Assembly: GCA_946411205.1 (NCBI GenBank)
Contig: CAMKDG010000001.1
Coordinates: 8,478-72,477, forward strand
Direction of reading: 5' to 3'
Source of the DNA: an uncultured Desulfotomaculum sp.
GTDB lineage: Bacteria > Bacillota > Desulfotomaculia > Desulfotomaculales > Desulfotomaculaceae
DNA: 64,000 nt
The translations under genes and the position numbers were made by a program. Position 1 is the first letter of the stretch, and each line of letters begins with the position of its first letter. Positions 45,677 to 55,563 of this stretch are shown here, piece by piece. Below the pieces are notes generated by a model. It made no database searches, had not been told where the DNA came from, and saw only the letters and a program-made list of their open reading frames with translations.

Positions 45677-46931
45677 AATTAGCTTCTGTTGGGATGGTTG
45701 TTTTTAAATTACTCCACATATCCTGTGAGACTAGGCCCAAACGCCAGAGGGCAATACCTTTTAAGCCATAACGCTGTGCAATGGCTACTTTGGTGAGTAG
45801 GCTGGTCTCATTCTCACTGGGGAGAGAAATACCCAATACCAGTTTTTCGGCCGGTACCATCGCCTTGGCTTGTTGCACCGCTTGTTCAACTAATTGCACT
45901 GGTTCTGGTTTGCTACCGTAATCATAAGCCATGATGATAATTTCATCCACCAAAGGAGCTAACTTTTGATAATCATAGCCACGGTAGGAACTGTTAGGGG
46001 CATGGATAGTCAAGCTTAGTGTTAGCTGGGCCGACTTAAGCTCTTGGGAAAGCAGTGAGACAAACGTAACAAAGCTTGCCCTTACTTGGCTTAATTGTTC
46101 TCCTTGATCGGTAAGGCCTAACCCCTCAAGGTTAAGATTGACTCCCCGGTAGTTCTTGGCCTCCTGCACGATGTCGGAGACTGCCTGCTGCATGGCAGCT
46201 TCATTAGCTAACAGGTTCGTTAAAACCCGTTGTTCATCAGTCACATGAATAACCATCTGGGTTTTTAACTGGAGATCCTTAGCAGCAGCCAGAACCTGTT
46301 CGTAGCTGTCCGGCCTTTGCCAACCAGTGGTACTTTTGGTCAGTAGATTGCCCTCTTGGTCTAGACTGTACCAACCTAAAGCCAGCGTTTTTACTAAATC
46401 AGTATTGCCTTTAGCAATTTCCGGGAATGCGGTACCAAAAAGGTTGGTCCAACTGCTGGTCTTTTGATCTCCCAGGGCATAGAAACCAATCACTTCCAAT
46501 TTACTTGGGGAGAGAATCGCGATCTCATTGGCTACCTGATTCCAGGTAACACTGCAATTGAAGCTTTCACTGAAGAAACGTAGAGGAACCAAGGTGCGTC
46601 CATTAATAATCTGCGGCGGTACATCTAGAGACACGGGAGTTCCGTTTAGCGTTGCCGTCTGATTACCAATTTGCAGAGTGATGGCTTTACTGCCGTTTTG
46701 AGCTTGAATGGTTTGGCTGGCAGCCTCCCAGGTTACTCCCACAGGGAGAGCTTCGGCCAGAGCTCGGAAGGGAACCAAGGTTCGGTCATTTTGCACCATT
46801 GGCTTAACATCAAAGGATATAGGCAGACCATTCATAGTTACTGAAATATCCTGACCAGCTAAGGCTGCAGCAGGCTGCAGGAGACCAAGGGAACATAAAA
46901 GGAGCCAGAGTGAAAGGAACCAACGTTTCAT
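45675..46931 (-). CDS. Secreted protein: two copper-amine-oxidase-N-like (stalk) repeats plus a GH18-type domain (YaaH/YdhD-like)
   Basis: Signal peptide MKRWFLSLWLLLCSLGLLQPAAALA. Repeats RTLVPFRALAEAL and RTLVPLRFFSESF. GH18 motifs YRGVNLNLEG and IIIMAYDYG. Confidence 0.75.
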   Translation of the reverse strand: MKRWFLSLWLLLCSLGLLQPAAALAGQDISVTMNGLPISFDVKPMVQNDRTLVPFRALAEALPVGVTWEAASQTIQAQNGSKAITLQIGNQTATLNGTPVSLDVPPQIINGRTLVPLRFFSESFNCSVTWNQVANEIAILSPSKLEVIGFYALGDQKTSSWTNLFGTAFPEIAKGNTDLVKTLALGWYSLDQEGNLLTKSTTGWQRPDSYEQVLAAAKDLQLKTQMVIHVTDEQRVLTNLLANEAAMQQAVSDIVQEAKNYRGVNLNLEGLGLTDQGEQLSQVRASFVTFVSLLSQELKSAQLTLSLTIHAPNSSYRGYDYQKLAPLVDEIIIMAYDYGSKPEPVQLVEQAVQQAKAMVPAEKLVLGISLPSENETSLLTKVAIAQRYGLKGIALWRLGLVSQDMWSNLKTTIPTEAN

Positions 46932-47021
46932 TGTGCACACCTCGTTAAGAGTTATTTTTATTACTAAATTCAATAAAAATCTACAAATTACCTGCTTTGG
47001 CAGAATAAAACTAAAATCTAT

Positions 47022-47096
47022 TGTAAAGGGCACTTTACATTTGGGAAAAGAAATAGTAATATGTAAAGTAAGCTTTACGTAAAGTTAACTTTACAT
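47022..47096. promoter_or_regulatory. Array of three 7-4-7 palindromes (TGTAAAG-N4-CTTTACA), candidate operator of the adjacent XRE regulator
   Basis: 47022-47039 TGTAAAGggcaCTTTACA; 47062-47079 TGTAAAGtaagCTTTACg; 47079-47096 gTAAAGttaaCTTTACA. Units 2 and 3 form a 36-bp near-palindrome (47061-47096). Confidence 0.6.
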
Positions 47097-47114
47097 AAGG
47101 GGGTGGCATTTTGG

Positions 47115-47315
47115 GTGAAAAATCAACTAAAAGAGTTGCGAACTCAGTTTAACCTGACTCAGGAACAATTGGCCGATAAGGTTGCAGTATCCCGACAAAC
47201 CATTATTTCTATTGAAAATGGCAAATACAATCCGTCACTGATTTTGGCTTACAAAATTGCGAAAGAGTTTGGCTGTAGTATCGAAGAAGTGTTTGATTTT
47301 TCGGAGGTGGAATAA
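47115..47315 (+). CDS. Small XRE-family HTH regulator (YozG-like)
   Basis: Motifs LTQEQLADKVAVSRQTIISIENGKYNPS and IEEVF. Confidence 0.88.
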   Translation: MKNQLKELRTQFNLTQEQLADKVAVSRQTIISIENGKYNPSLILAYKIAKEFGCSIEEVFDFSEVE

Positions 47316-47316
47316 A

Positions 47317-47706
47317 ATGGGGAATTCCTTTATAAAAGAGATCATGAGAATAAATCGAATTATGCTCAGCGCGGTGATTGTTATGGTTTTAGCAGCCAGT
47401 TGGTATTACCAAGCTAGCTGGGAAGACTGGGTGAAAAGCTTATCCATCATTGGTATCGTTATTTTGGTTATGATCACTAAAAAATGGCGTATAAAGCGAA
47501 TGGAAAAAGAGTTGGATGAAAGACTTCAAACCATTACTTATTACGCTTTGGCCATTGGCTTTTATACTACGTTAATCATCATTTTCTGGTTTTATCTAAA
47601 AGAATTAATCATTGACGGGAATCTATCTGTACGAACCCAGGTAGAACTATGTGGTGGTGTATGCGGATACCTGGTTTCTTACTTGTATTTAAAGAGAAAA
47701 TACTAA
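47317..47706 (+). CDS. Membrane protein co-transcribed with the small XRE regulator
   Basis: Four hydrophobic helices. The ATG at 47317 follows GGAGGTGG; the track start at 47257 overlaps the regulator. Confidence 0.6.
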   Translation: MGNSFIKEIMRINRIMLSAVIVMVLAASWYYQASWEDWVKSLSIIGIVILVMITKKWRIKRMEKELDERLQTITYYALAIGFYTTLIIIFWFYLKELIIDGNLSVRTQVELCGGVCGYLVSYLYLKRKY

Positions 47707-47764
47707 AGGAGCACCCAAACGGGGCTCCTTTGACTTTTGATAAAGGTACACTGTGGTTTTAGGA

Positions 47765-48487
47765 TTAGCTTTGTTTTACCGGGGGAAGATCTTGGGCAAA
47801 TTTTACGAAGTCTTCCAGTCTTCCTTCAAAATCAGTCTCGTAACGAGAATTACCATGGTCGATTAAGTGGTCGGTTACCAGATAGGTTTTAATACCCAGT
47901 TTACCAGCGACTAAGTCTTCCCGGGTATCATTACCCACCATTAGTGTTTCTTCCGGTTTGGCACCAACCCTATCCAGGATTTCCTTGTAGTAATTAGGGT
48001 TGGGTTTACAGTAGTGGCAGTGCTCATAAGTGGTTACCAGCGCCCAGGGAATGTCCTTAATGCCGGCCCAGTGCATGCGCTGGGCTGTGGCTACATCCGG
48101 GAAAATTGGATTGGTGGCAAGCACCAGCTGATAGCCCTTGTCAACTAATTCTTTACAGATTGCCTTTGACAGCGGGGTAGGTGTTGTACAACAAATCAGT
48201 TCGCCAAATCCCGTGTCGTAAAAGTTATCGAATAGAGGCATTATTTCTTCTGCAGTCAGATCAAACCGGGGCAAAAAAGCCTCCATAAATACTTCCTGGT
48301 TGGTTTTATCTGCACGATTATCCCGGATCATAGCTTCGGTGGAAGCCCAGACGTGTTGATGAAGAGCCTTGGGGTCCAATAAATGGGAGCAAGATTTGGT
48401 TAATCCACCAAAGTAACTAGTTAGAAAATGATCTAAATCCATTGGCAACAGAGTGCCGTCCAAGTCAAAAAGGATCGTTTTAAACAT
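47765..48487 (-). CDS. HAD-superfamily hydrolase
   Basis: Motif I FDLDGTL, motif III/IV GNDTREDL. Confidence 0.85.
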   Translation of the reverse strand: MFKTILFDLDGTLLPMDLDHFLTSYFGGLTKSCSHLLDPKALHQHVWASTEAMIRDNRADKTNQEVFMEAFLPRFDLTAEEIMPLFDNFYDTGFGELICCTTPTPLSKAICKELVDKGYQLVLATNPIFPDVATAQRMHWAGIKDIPWALVTTYEHCHYCKPNPNYYKEILDRVGAKPEETLMVGNDTREDLVAGKLGIKTYLVTDHLIDHGNSRYETDFEGRLEDFVKFAQDLPPVKQS

Positions 48488-48502
48488 AGCTTCCTCCGCT
48501 TA

Positions 48503-48802
48503 CTAATGAGTGTGACCCTTGTTATCTGAATGATTGCCACCACAACCGCAATTGCAACCGCCTTTTGATTTTGGAGCGTGGTGCTGATGATCATGATTAC
48601 TACATCCGCAGCCGCAAGAGGGTTCATCTTCCACATACTTAATTCGGGACAGAGTATCAACCACTTGCCCCCGAATGCCTGCTAAATATTGCTGGCGTAA
48701 CGCATGCTGTTCTTCCTTTTCCTCAGGCGTAAGACCCTCGGTTCTTTGTTTACGCGCTAAAGCGTTAATTTTATCTACCAATTCCTTTGTAATAATGGTA
48801 AT
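48503..48802 (-). CDS. DUF896 (YnzC/UPF0291-like) protein fused to a Cys/His/Gly-rich C-terminal tail
   Basis: ITKELVDKINALARKQRTEGLTPEEKEEQHALRQQYL is DUF896-like. Tail: CGCGCSNHDHQHHAPKSKGGCNCGCGGNHSDNKGHTH. The start is uncertain (GTG 48802 or a nearby non-ATG codon). Confidence 0.6.
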   Translation of the reverse strand: MTIITKELVDKINALARKQRTEGLTPEEKEEQHALRQQYLAGIRGQVVDTLSRIKYVEDEPSCGCGCSNHDHQHHAPKSKGGCNCGCGGNHSDNKGHTH

Positions 48803-49111
48803 CACCTCAAATTCAGTATAGCATGGGTTACCATGAGGGACAAGACAGTACTCATCAAACCCAATTGCATATAGTATAGCACTTTTCAGCAATTTTTAAC
48901 GTACCCGCCAGAAGTCCCCAGCCTGAGCTTTCCAGGCCTGCGATATCTGCAGCCATCACTTCGTACCCCTAGGCTCGTTTGGCAATTCATAGTGGGAAGG
49001 GGCCGTTATCCTTTGATTAGTGGTTTCAAAAAAGTGTTCGTAATAGCATGGGGAAAAATCATATAGGGTACACTTAAAATTTATATTAAGATATTAGGCT
49101 ACAGCTATATC

Positions 49112-50035
49112 CTATTCCTGTAAGGGAAGGCCATATTCCTGAATAACTTGCTTCAATTCACTGACGTAAACATTTGCCTGCTGACTAAGGCGTATCTGGT
49201 GGTTTGCTATCCAGCCAACTTGGATATGATCATCAACCTGCAGCGGGACGGAGATAATGTTATCTCCATTTAAATCAGCACTGACAATGCCAGTGGAGAT
49301 GGTATAGCCGTTCAAGCCAATTAAAAGATTGAACAAGGTTGCCCGGTCGCTGACATGGATACTTTTCTTACGAAACACAGTGCTTAAAATTTCTTCTGAA
49401 AAATAGAAGGAGTTGAATTCGCCTTGTTCGAAAGACAGGTAAGGATACTCCTGCAAATCATCCAACGTTACGGATGCTCTTCCAGCCAGGGGATTTTGTG
49501 TACTGATAAAAATATGGGGTTTTGCCGTAAATAGCGGATGAAAATCAAGACGGTTTTCCCGGAGCAACTTTTTAATAACCTTTCGGTTAAATGGGTTCAT
49601 GTATAGAATACCAATTTCACTGCGCAGATTCTTAACGTCTTCAATAATTTCATGCGTCTGTGTTTCCCGCAGGGTAAATTCATACTCATCCGCACCGCTT
49701 TGCTTGATTAAATTCACAAAGGCGTTAACCGCAAAGGCATAGTGCTGTGTAGAGATGGAGCAAAGCTGCCGGGAAGGTTTTTTATTTAAATAGCGTTGTT
49801 CCAAAAGGCCTGCTTGCTCCACCACCTGCCGGGCATAGCCGAGGAATTCGGCACCATCTACGGTAAGTGTAATGCCCTTTGGGGTTCGAATGAAAAGCTC
49901 AATGCCGACTTCTGTTTCAAGCTCCTTGACAGCGCTGGACAGGCTGGGCTGCGTAATATATAGCCTTTTTGCGGCTTCGTTAATGGAGCCGCAATTTACA
50001 ATTTCAATGATATATTTTAATTGTTGTAGCTTCAT
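49112..50035 (-). CDS. LysR-family transcriptional regulator
   Basis: N-terminal HTH GSINEAAKRLYITQPSLSSAVKELE plus a substrate-binding domain. Confidence 0.9.
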   Translation of the reverse strand: MKLQQLKYIIEIVNCGSINEAAKRLYITQPSLSSAVKELETEVGIELFIRTPKGITLTVDGAEFLGYARQVVEQAGLLEQRYLNKKPSRQLCSISTQHYAFAVNAFVNLIKQSGADEYEFTLRETQTHEIIEDVKNLRSEIGILYMNPFNRKVIKKLLRENRLDFHPLFTAKPHIFISTQNPLAGRASVTLDDLQEYPYLSFEQGEFNSFYFSEEILSTVFRKKSIHVSDRATLFNLLIGLNGYTISTGIVSADLNGDNIISVPLQVDDHIQVGWIANHQIRLSQQANVYVSELKQVIQEYGLPLQE

Positions 50036-50092
50036 GGCTTGCCTCCTGCATAAGCGATTGGAAATAAATGCTTATTTAAATAAATATAGAGA

Positions 50093-50314
50093 TTAGTCAA
50101 CGGGCTTAACCTTTGATTTTATCCACTCAATGAGCAAAAAAAATAAAAAGCTAACAATATAGGAACCAATGAAATACATCATACTATGGACTATTATAGA
50201 AGGGAATGTTTCGTTATATAGCTCGGGAAACAAAAATAGCCTGGGAATAATAATTCCCCCTATTGTTATACCAACACTGACACCAATCGCAGCTTTCAAT
50301 GAACGGTTTATCAT
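50093..50314 (-). CDS. Small membrane protein (73 aa, two TM helices)
   Basis: Two hydrophobic segments; upstream of and co-directional with the LysR gene. Confidence 0.4.
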   Translation of the reverse strand: MINRSLKAAIGVSVGITIGGIIIPRLFLFPELYNETFPSIIVHSMMYFIGSYIVSFLFFLLIEWIKSKVKPVD

Positions 50315-50509
50315 GTTTTTTAGATCTCCTCACCGTCTGTCTTCTTGACTATGATTATAATATAAATTAAACAAAACCACTTCATCTGTGGCGATATATT
50401 TCGCTGCAGAGGGCGTTAAGGGAACAACCAAACTTCTACAGACATTGACAAATGAAGTAATATTGAATACAATATTTTTCAGAGTTTATACAGAGTAAAT
50501 CTATGATCA

Positions 50510-50758
50510 GGAGAGTAGACCTTGTCACCTTGCACAGGGAGGATGGAGCCTTGGACTGGAAGCTCCGCCGTAAGAACTTGGTTCGAAGAACACCTGAGAG
50601 TTACCCCCGAACGGATGAAATATCCCAGTAGGCCGGTACGGCTGACACCGTTAATGTCTTTTTTGAGAGGAACATCCTTTGTTCAATCAGGGTGGCACCA
50701 CGGGAATTAATTCCCGTCCCTGGCAGATGCTTTTGCATGCCAGTGACGGGAGTTTTTT
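50510..50758 (+). promoter_or_regulatory. T-box leader (His)
   Basis: T-box AATCAGGGTGGCACCACGGG (50685-50704). Antiterminator ACGGGAATTAATTCCCGT competes with the terminator CCCGTCcCTGGCA...TGCCAGtGACGGG plus T6 (50713-50758). Candidate CAC specifier at 50591-50593. Confidence 0.85.
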
Positions 50759-50797
50759 ATTTTTTCCTATATTTTTTGTTACAGGAGGTTTACGTTT

Positions 50798-52051
50798 GTG
50801 TTAACGACCAGACCCAGAGGCACCAATGATATTTTGCCGGGAGAAGTGGAGAAGTGGCAATATGTTGAGAAGCTGACCCGAGAAGTTTGCCGGAAGTACG
50901 GCTATGGTGAACTTCGGACGCCGATCTTTGAACATACTGAACTTTTTTCCCGAGGTGTGGGAGAGGCTACCGATATTGTAGAAAAAGAAATGTATACGTT
51001 CACCGATCGCGGTGAACGGAGTCTTACCTTGCGGCCGGAAAATACGGCTGCCACGGTAAGAGCGTATCTGGAAAACAAACTGCAGGCGCTACCCCAACCG
51101 GTTAAATTATATTATATGGGTCCCATGTTCCGCTACGATCGGCCCCAGGCCGGACGCTTCCGGCAGTTTCATCAGTTTGGTGTAGAGGCTTTTGGTTCCC
51201 ATAATCCCTCTATGGATGCGGAAGTTATTGCTATGGCGATGGACATTTACCAGCGGATTGGCCTGCGGGACTTAGAACTTCACATTAACAGCGTGGGTTG
51301 CCCCCAGTGCCGCCCAGGGCTTCGACAGCGGTTACAGGAACATTTTAGGCCGCAGCTGGAAAAGCTTTGCCCCAACTGTCAGGGGAGATTTGAGCGTAAT
51401 CCGCTACGCATCTTAGACTGTAAGAATGAAACCTGTCAAGATATTGGCCGTCAGGCGCCCACGACCCTGGATGTCTTATGTGATGAATGTAATACCCATT
51501 TTAATCTGGTTAAAAATTATTTGGATGCAGTGGGTGTCCGGTATATTATTAATAACCGTTTGGTCAGAGGTTTGGATTACTATACGCACACCGCCTTTGA
51601 GATCATGGCTCAGGACATCGGTGCCCAGAGTTCCATCGGCGGCGGTGGCCGGTATAATGGTTTGATGGAAGCCTGCGGTGGCCCTGCTACCCCCGGCATT
51701 GGTTTTGCCCTGGGGTTGGAACGAATTTTACTTACAGCGGAGCGTCAGGGGATTACCTTCCCGGTCAGCCGGGGACCTGCAGCTTTTGTGGCCACCGTTG
51801 GTACGGAGGTCGAAAAGCAAGCCTTTTCTCTGCTGCAAAGCTTACGTCAGCAGGGTATAGCTGCAGAAAAGGATTATCTGGCTCGCAGCCTTAAGGCACA
51901 AATGAAATATGCCGGTAAATTGGGTGCCCGATGGGTGGTTATTTTGGGAGAAGAAGAACTAAGCCGGGGTGTAGCAGTGGTAAGGGATATGCAAGCCGGT
52001 GAACAGCAGGAAGTAAAATTGGCTGAGTTAGTAAATTATATTAGAAAATAA
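50798..52051 (+). CDS. hisS: Histidyl-tRNA synthetase
   Basis: Class II motifs (LRPE.T, FRYDRPQAGRFRQF, GGGRYN) and an inserted CxxC..CxxC segment. Confidence 0.95.
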   Translation: MLTTRPRGTNDILPGEVEKWQYVEKLTREVCRKYGYGELRTPIFEHTELFSRGVGEATDIVEKEMYTFTDRGERSLTLRPENTAATVRAYLENKLQALPQPVKLYYMGPMFRYDRPQAGRFRQFHQFGVEAFGSHNPSMDAEVIAMAMDIYQRIGLRDLELHINSVGCPQCRPGLRQRLQEHFRPQLEKLCPNCQGRFERNPLRILDCKNETCQDIGRQAPTTLDVLCDECNTHFNLVKNYLDAVGVRYIINNRLVRGLDYYTHTAFEIMAQDIGAQSSIGGGGRYNGLMEACGGPATPGIGFALGLERILLTAERQGITFPVSRGPAAFVATVGTEVEKQAFSLLQSLRQQGIAAEKDYLARSLKAQMKYAGKLGARWVVILGEEELSRGVAVVRDMQAGEQQEVKLAELVNYIRK

Positions 52052-52160
52052 TCCGCTCTTTACCATTGGCAGTGTACCAAAGGCAAAGAGGTTTATCAAC
52101 AGGATATTTTGCTGCACAACGTTATAATAAAGAAACAAGCAAGCAGGAGGTTATACAAAA

Positions 52161-53966
52161 ATGTCCGAGTCAATGCACGGTTTACGCCGGACCTTATATT
52201 GTGGTGAACTAAGAAAAGAGCATACTGGCCAGGAAGTTGTACTAATGGGATGGGTGCAAAGGCGCCGTGACCATGGTGGGCTAATCTTTGTGGATTTAAG
52301 AGACCGCTCTGGTATTACTCAGGTGGTCTTCAGCCCAGCAGTAAATGAAGAAGCTTTTCAGAAGGCTGAAGGAGTTAGAAATGAGTATGTGCTGGCCGTA
52401 GTTGGCAAGGTCAATGCTCGCCCAGCAGGTTCTGAGAATCCCAACATGGCAACCGGGGAAATTGAAGTATACGCCCACACCCTGCGGATACTAAACCGGG
52501 CTAAAACCCCACCCTTTTATATTGAAGATAATATTGATGTGGATGAAAATGTCCGCCTACGTTATCGTTATTTGGACTTGCGTCGTCCGGAAATGCAGCG
52601 CTCCCTAGTACTAAGACACAAGGCTTCCCAAAGTATGCGAGAATTTCTTGACAACCATGGTTTTTTAGAAATCGAAACACCGATGTTGACCAAGAGTACT
52701 CCGGAAGGAGCTCGGGATTATTTAGTACCCAGCCGCGTCAACCCAGGCAAATTTTACGCTTTGCCCCAGTCGCCCCAACTGTTTAAGCAAATCCTGATGT
52801 TGGCGGGGATGGAACGTTATTTCCAGATTGTTCGCTGCTTCCGGGATGAAGACTTACGGGCTGATCGTCAACCGGAATTTACCCAGATCGACTTGGAAAT
52901 GTCCTTTGTGGATGAAGAAGATATTATGGGTTTAATGGAAAAGATGATTGCCCAGGTATGCAAAGACACCATCGGCCAAGAAATTGCTCTGCCGATGCCG
53001 CGCATGTCGTATCAGGAAGCGATGGATCGCTTTGGCTCCGATAAACCGGACACCCGATTTGGTCTGGAATTGCGCGATATTACTCCCATTGCTGCGCAAT
53101 GTGGTTTTAAGGTCTTCAACAGTACCGCTGCTGCGGGTGGTCAGGTAAAAGGCATTAATGCCAAAGGTTGCGCTACCTTCTCCCGCAAGGAAATTGATGA
53201 TCTAACAGCCTTTGCAGCGATTTATAAAGCCAAAGGCTTAGCGTATATGGTGATCAACGAAGACGGCTCTGTGAAATCTGCCATTGCTAAATTCTTTACC
53301 CCCGAAGAGTTGGCCGCTATTCAAGATAAAATGGAAGCTCAGCCAGGCGATCTGCTGCTCTTTGTAGCGGATAAGCAGAGTGTGGTGGCTGCCTCCTTAG
53401 GTGCCCTGCGGGTACATTTGGCAGAACGCTTAAACTTGATTCCCGAGGGTACATTTAATTTCCTCTGGGTAACCCATTTCCCACTACTGGAGTTTGATGC
53501 CGAAGCGGGGCGCTATTTTGCCATGCACCATCCCTTCACCTCTCCACTGGAGGAAGATATTCCGTTGTTGCAGAGCGATCTTGGCAAAGTGCGGGCCAGA
53601 GCCTATGATATGGTGCTTAATGGTGTAGAGCTGGGTGGCGGAAGTATTCGAATTCACCGTCCGGATATGCAAGAGATGATGTTTAAGACGCTGGGCATGA
53701 GTAATGAGGAAGCGAAAGAAAAATTTGGCTTCCTATTAGATGCCTTTGAATTTGGTGCTCCTCCCCACGGTGGGATTGCCTTTGGTCTTGACCGCTTGGT
53801 CATGCTGTTGGCAGGTAAGGATAGCATTCGTGATGTGATCGCCTTCCCCAAAACTGCCAGTGCTACCTGCCTTATGACACAGGCACCGGATGTGGTTGAT
53901 CCAGCTCAACTGACAGAGCTGCATATTCGCAGTACCGTGATACAGAAGAACAATCCCGTAAAGTAA
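52161..53966 (+). CDS. aspS: Aspartyl-tRNA synthetase
   Basis: Motifs [36 protein letters not shown]. Confidence 0.96.
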   Translation: MSESMHGLRRTLYCGELRKEHTGQEVVLMGWVQRRRDHGGLIFVDLRDRSGITQVVFSPAVNEEAFQKAEGVRNEYVLAVVGKVNARPAGSENPNMATGEIEVYAHTLRILNRAKTPPFYIEDNIDVDENVRLRYRYLDLRRPEMQRSLVLRHKASQSMREFLDNHGFLEIETPMLTKSTPEGARDYLVPSRVNPGKFYALPQSPQLFKQILMLAGMERYFQIVRCFRDEDLRADRQPEFTQIDLEMSFVDEEDIMGLMEKMIAQVCKDTIGQEIALPMPRMSYQEAMDRFGSDKPDTRFGLELRDITPIAAQCGFKVFNSTAAAGGQVKGINAKGCATFSRKEIDDLTAFAAIYKAKGLAYMVINEDGSVKSAIAKFFTPEELAAIQDKMEAQPGDLLLFVADKQSVVAASLGALRVHLAERLNLIPEGTFNFLWVTHFPLLEFDAEAGRYFAMHHPFTSPLEEDIPLLQSDLGKVRARAYDMVLNGVELGGGSIRIHRPDMQEMMFKTLGMSNEEAKEKFGFLLDAFEFGAPPHGGIAFGLDRLVMLLAGKDSIRDVIAFPKTASATCLMTQAPDVVDPAQLTELHIRSTVIQKNNPVK

Positions 53967-53974
53967 GGGAAAGA

Positions 53975-54003
53975 TTGGCCCTAGGCTTATGGCGTAGGGC
54001 CAA
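53975..54003 (+). terminator. Hairpin after aspS
   Basis: TTGGCCCTA-N11-TAGGGCCAA with a weak T tail. Confidence 0.5.
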
Positions 54004-54029
54004 ATCAGTCAGTTTTAACCAATGCAAAA

Positions 54030-54356
54030 GTGGGAGCCCCGAGCCTTTGTCGACACTTGCATCCAGATTCCGTCTGTGTTAACATAAAGGTGTGTACTAG
54101 TTATTTTTGTAACAAAGGAACGCCCTACTTTGTGCGTGCAATATCTGAAGTTTTGAGCCAACAGATGTTGAAACGGGAGTCCGATTTCTTGCAAGGGAAT
54201 GTAGACCTTACGAGTATAAGGAAACAGGAAATTGTGGAAAGGGCACCCACCTGTGAGTACAGGTTCAACAAACTTTGGATACGGACACGGCAAGGCGGGG
54301 TTTCTTTGCGTTTTACTGCTAAAAACATCTCTCTGAGAGAGATGTTTTTTCTTTTT
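54030..54356 (+). ncRNA. Unassigned ~320-nt non-coding region ending in a strong terminator; candidate sRNA or structured RNA of unknown class
   Basis: Only weak overlapping ORFs on both strands, none with an RBS. Hairpin ATGCAAaAGTG...CACTTGCAT (54022-54062). Long-range pairing AACAAAGGAACGCCC (54111-) with GGCGGGGTTTCTTTGCGTT (54293-54311). Terminator ACATCTCTC-tga-GAGAGATGT plus T6 (54321-54356). Confidence 0.3.
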
Positions 54357-54430
54357 CTCCTTTTTTAAGCTGATTTTAAGAATAGTCCTGTATCATCATT
54401 CTTGACAAGGTAACAAAGGAGGAGAAAAAT

Positions 54431-55537
54431 ATGAATGCACAGAAAAAAATAGTTAAGCCTGTTTTGGTGGTACTCATTAAAGCTGTTCTGATGATTAGCT
54501 TGGTGGTTTTCGGAGTACACTGGTCTAATGATCAGCAACATCTGGTTTCCCTCGGTAATAAATCCGCTCAGGCTGAACAAGGTGTTATCAGACCAGCCAA
54601 CATTTCAGCGGTAGTAAAACAAACTGCGCCCGCAGTGGTTAAAATAGAAACGGTTATTCGTACGCAAGTGAACGTGGACCCATTTTTCAATGATCCCTTT
54701 TTTCGGCAGTTTTTTGGTGCCCAGTCGTTGCCCCGTACTCAGGTTCAGAACGGCCTAGGCTCAGGCTTCATTGTTTCTTCGGATGGTTACATCATTACCA
54801 ATAACCATGTCATTAATGGGGCCGACCAAATTCAGGTGACCCTGACCAGTGATCAGAAGTACCCGGCTACCATCGTGGGAACCGATCAGGAACTTGATTT
54901 GGCAGTGCTTAAAATTGACAGCAAGGAAAAACTACCCACCTTATCCTTTGGCAGTTCGGAAAAAATTGAGGTGGGTGATTGGGTGATTGCTATTGGCAAT
55001 CCCTATGGCCTGGATCATACAGTTACCGTGGGGGTGATTAGTGCCAAAGGAAGACCACTGGACATTGATAAGCAGCACTTCCGAAATCTGCTACAAACAG
55101 ATGCCTCTATCAATCCCGGTAATTCGGGTGGTCCCTTAATGAACCTCAATGGAGAAGTGGTAGGCGTTAATACAGCAGTGAATGCCCAAGCCCAGGGAAT
55201 TGGCTTTGCCATCCCCTCATCTACGGTGGTTTCAGTATACAATCAAATTATTAGTAAGGGTTCGGTTTCTCATCCCTATCTAGGAGTTACGATCGCTCCG
55301 CTACAGAACCAACCGGGTGTGGTGGTTACCGGGGTTGTCCCGAACAGTCCGGCTTTAGCAGCGGGGCTCAAGGTCGGAGATTTGGTAACAGAGTTTGCTG
55401 GCAAAGAAGTAACCTCACCTCAGGAACTATTGGATGCAGTAGCAGAAACCCAGCCGGGGCAAAAAATTACGCTGGCTTTGCAGCGAGCTGGACAAATTCA
55501 AAAGAAAGAGATTATCATGGGGGATAAGAGCCAGTAA
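54431..55537 (+). CDS. htrA: HtrA/DegP-family serine protease with a PDZ domain
   Basis: TM anchor. Catalytic motifs TNNHV, D..LAVLKI, GNSGGPL. C-terminal PDZ domain. Confidence 0.92.
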   Translation: MNAQKKIVKPVLVVLIKAVLMISLVVFGVHWSNDQQHLVSLGNKSAQAEQGVIRPANISAVVKQTAPAVVKIETVIRTQVNVDPFFNDPFFRQFFGAQSLPRTQVQNGLGSGFIVSSDGYIITNNHVINGADQIQVTLTSDQKYPATIVGTDQELDLAVLKIDSKEKLPTLSFGSSEKIEVGDWVIAIGNPYGLDHTVTVGVISAKGRPLDIDKQHFRNLLQTDASINPGNSGGPLMNLNGEVVGVNTAVNAQAQGIGFAIPSSTVVSVYNQIISKGSVSHPYLGVTIAPLQNQPGVVVTGVVPNSPALAAGLKVGDLVTEFAGKEVTSPQELLDAVAETQPGQKITLALQRAGQIQKKEIIMGDKSQ

Positions 55538-55563
55538 TCAGTAAGAGGAGGGGAGGGGGCTCC

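Noticed and set aside
48893-49111. G+C-richer patch between the DUF896 and LysR genes, considered as a gene remnant or small ORF (35 codons on the minus strand)
   Set aside because: No RBS, no recognisable motif in any frame and no flanking repeats. Left unannotated.
54015-54368. Overlapping 92-aa (-) and 112-aa (+) ORFs between aspS and htrA
   Set aside because: Neither has an RBS, their compositions are implausible (Cys/Phe-rich), they overlap each other, and the plus-strand one runs through a terminator. The region is treated as non-coding.
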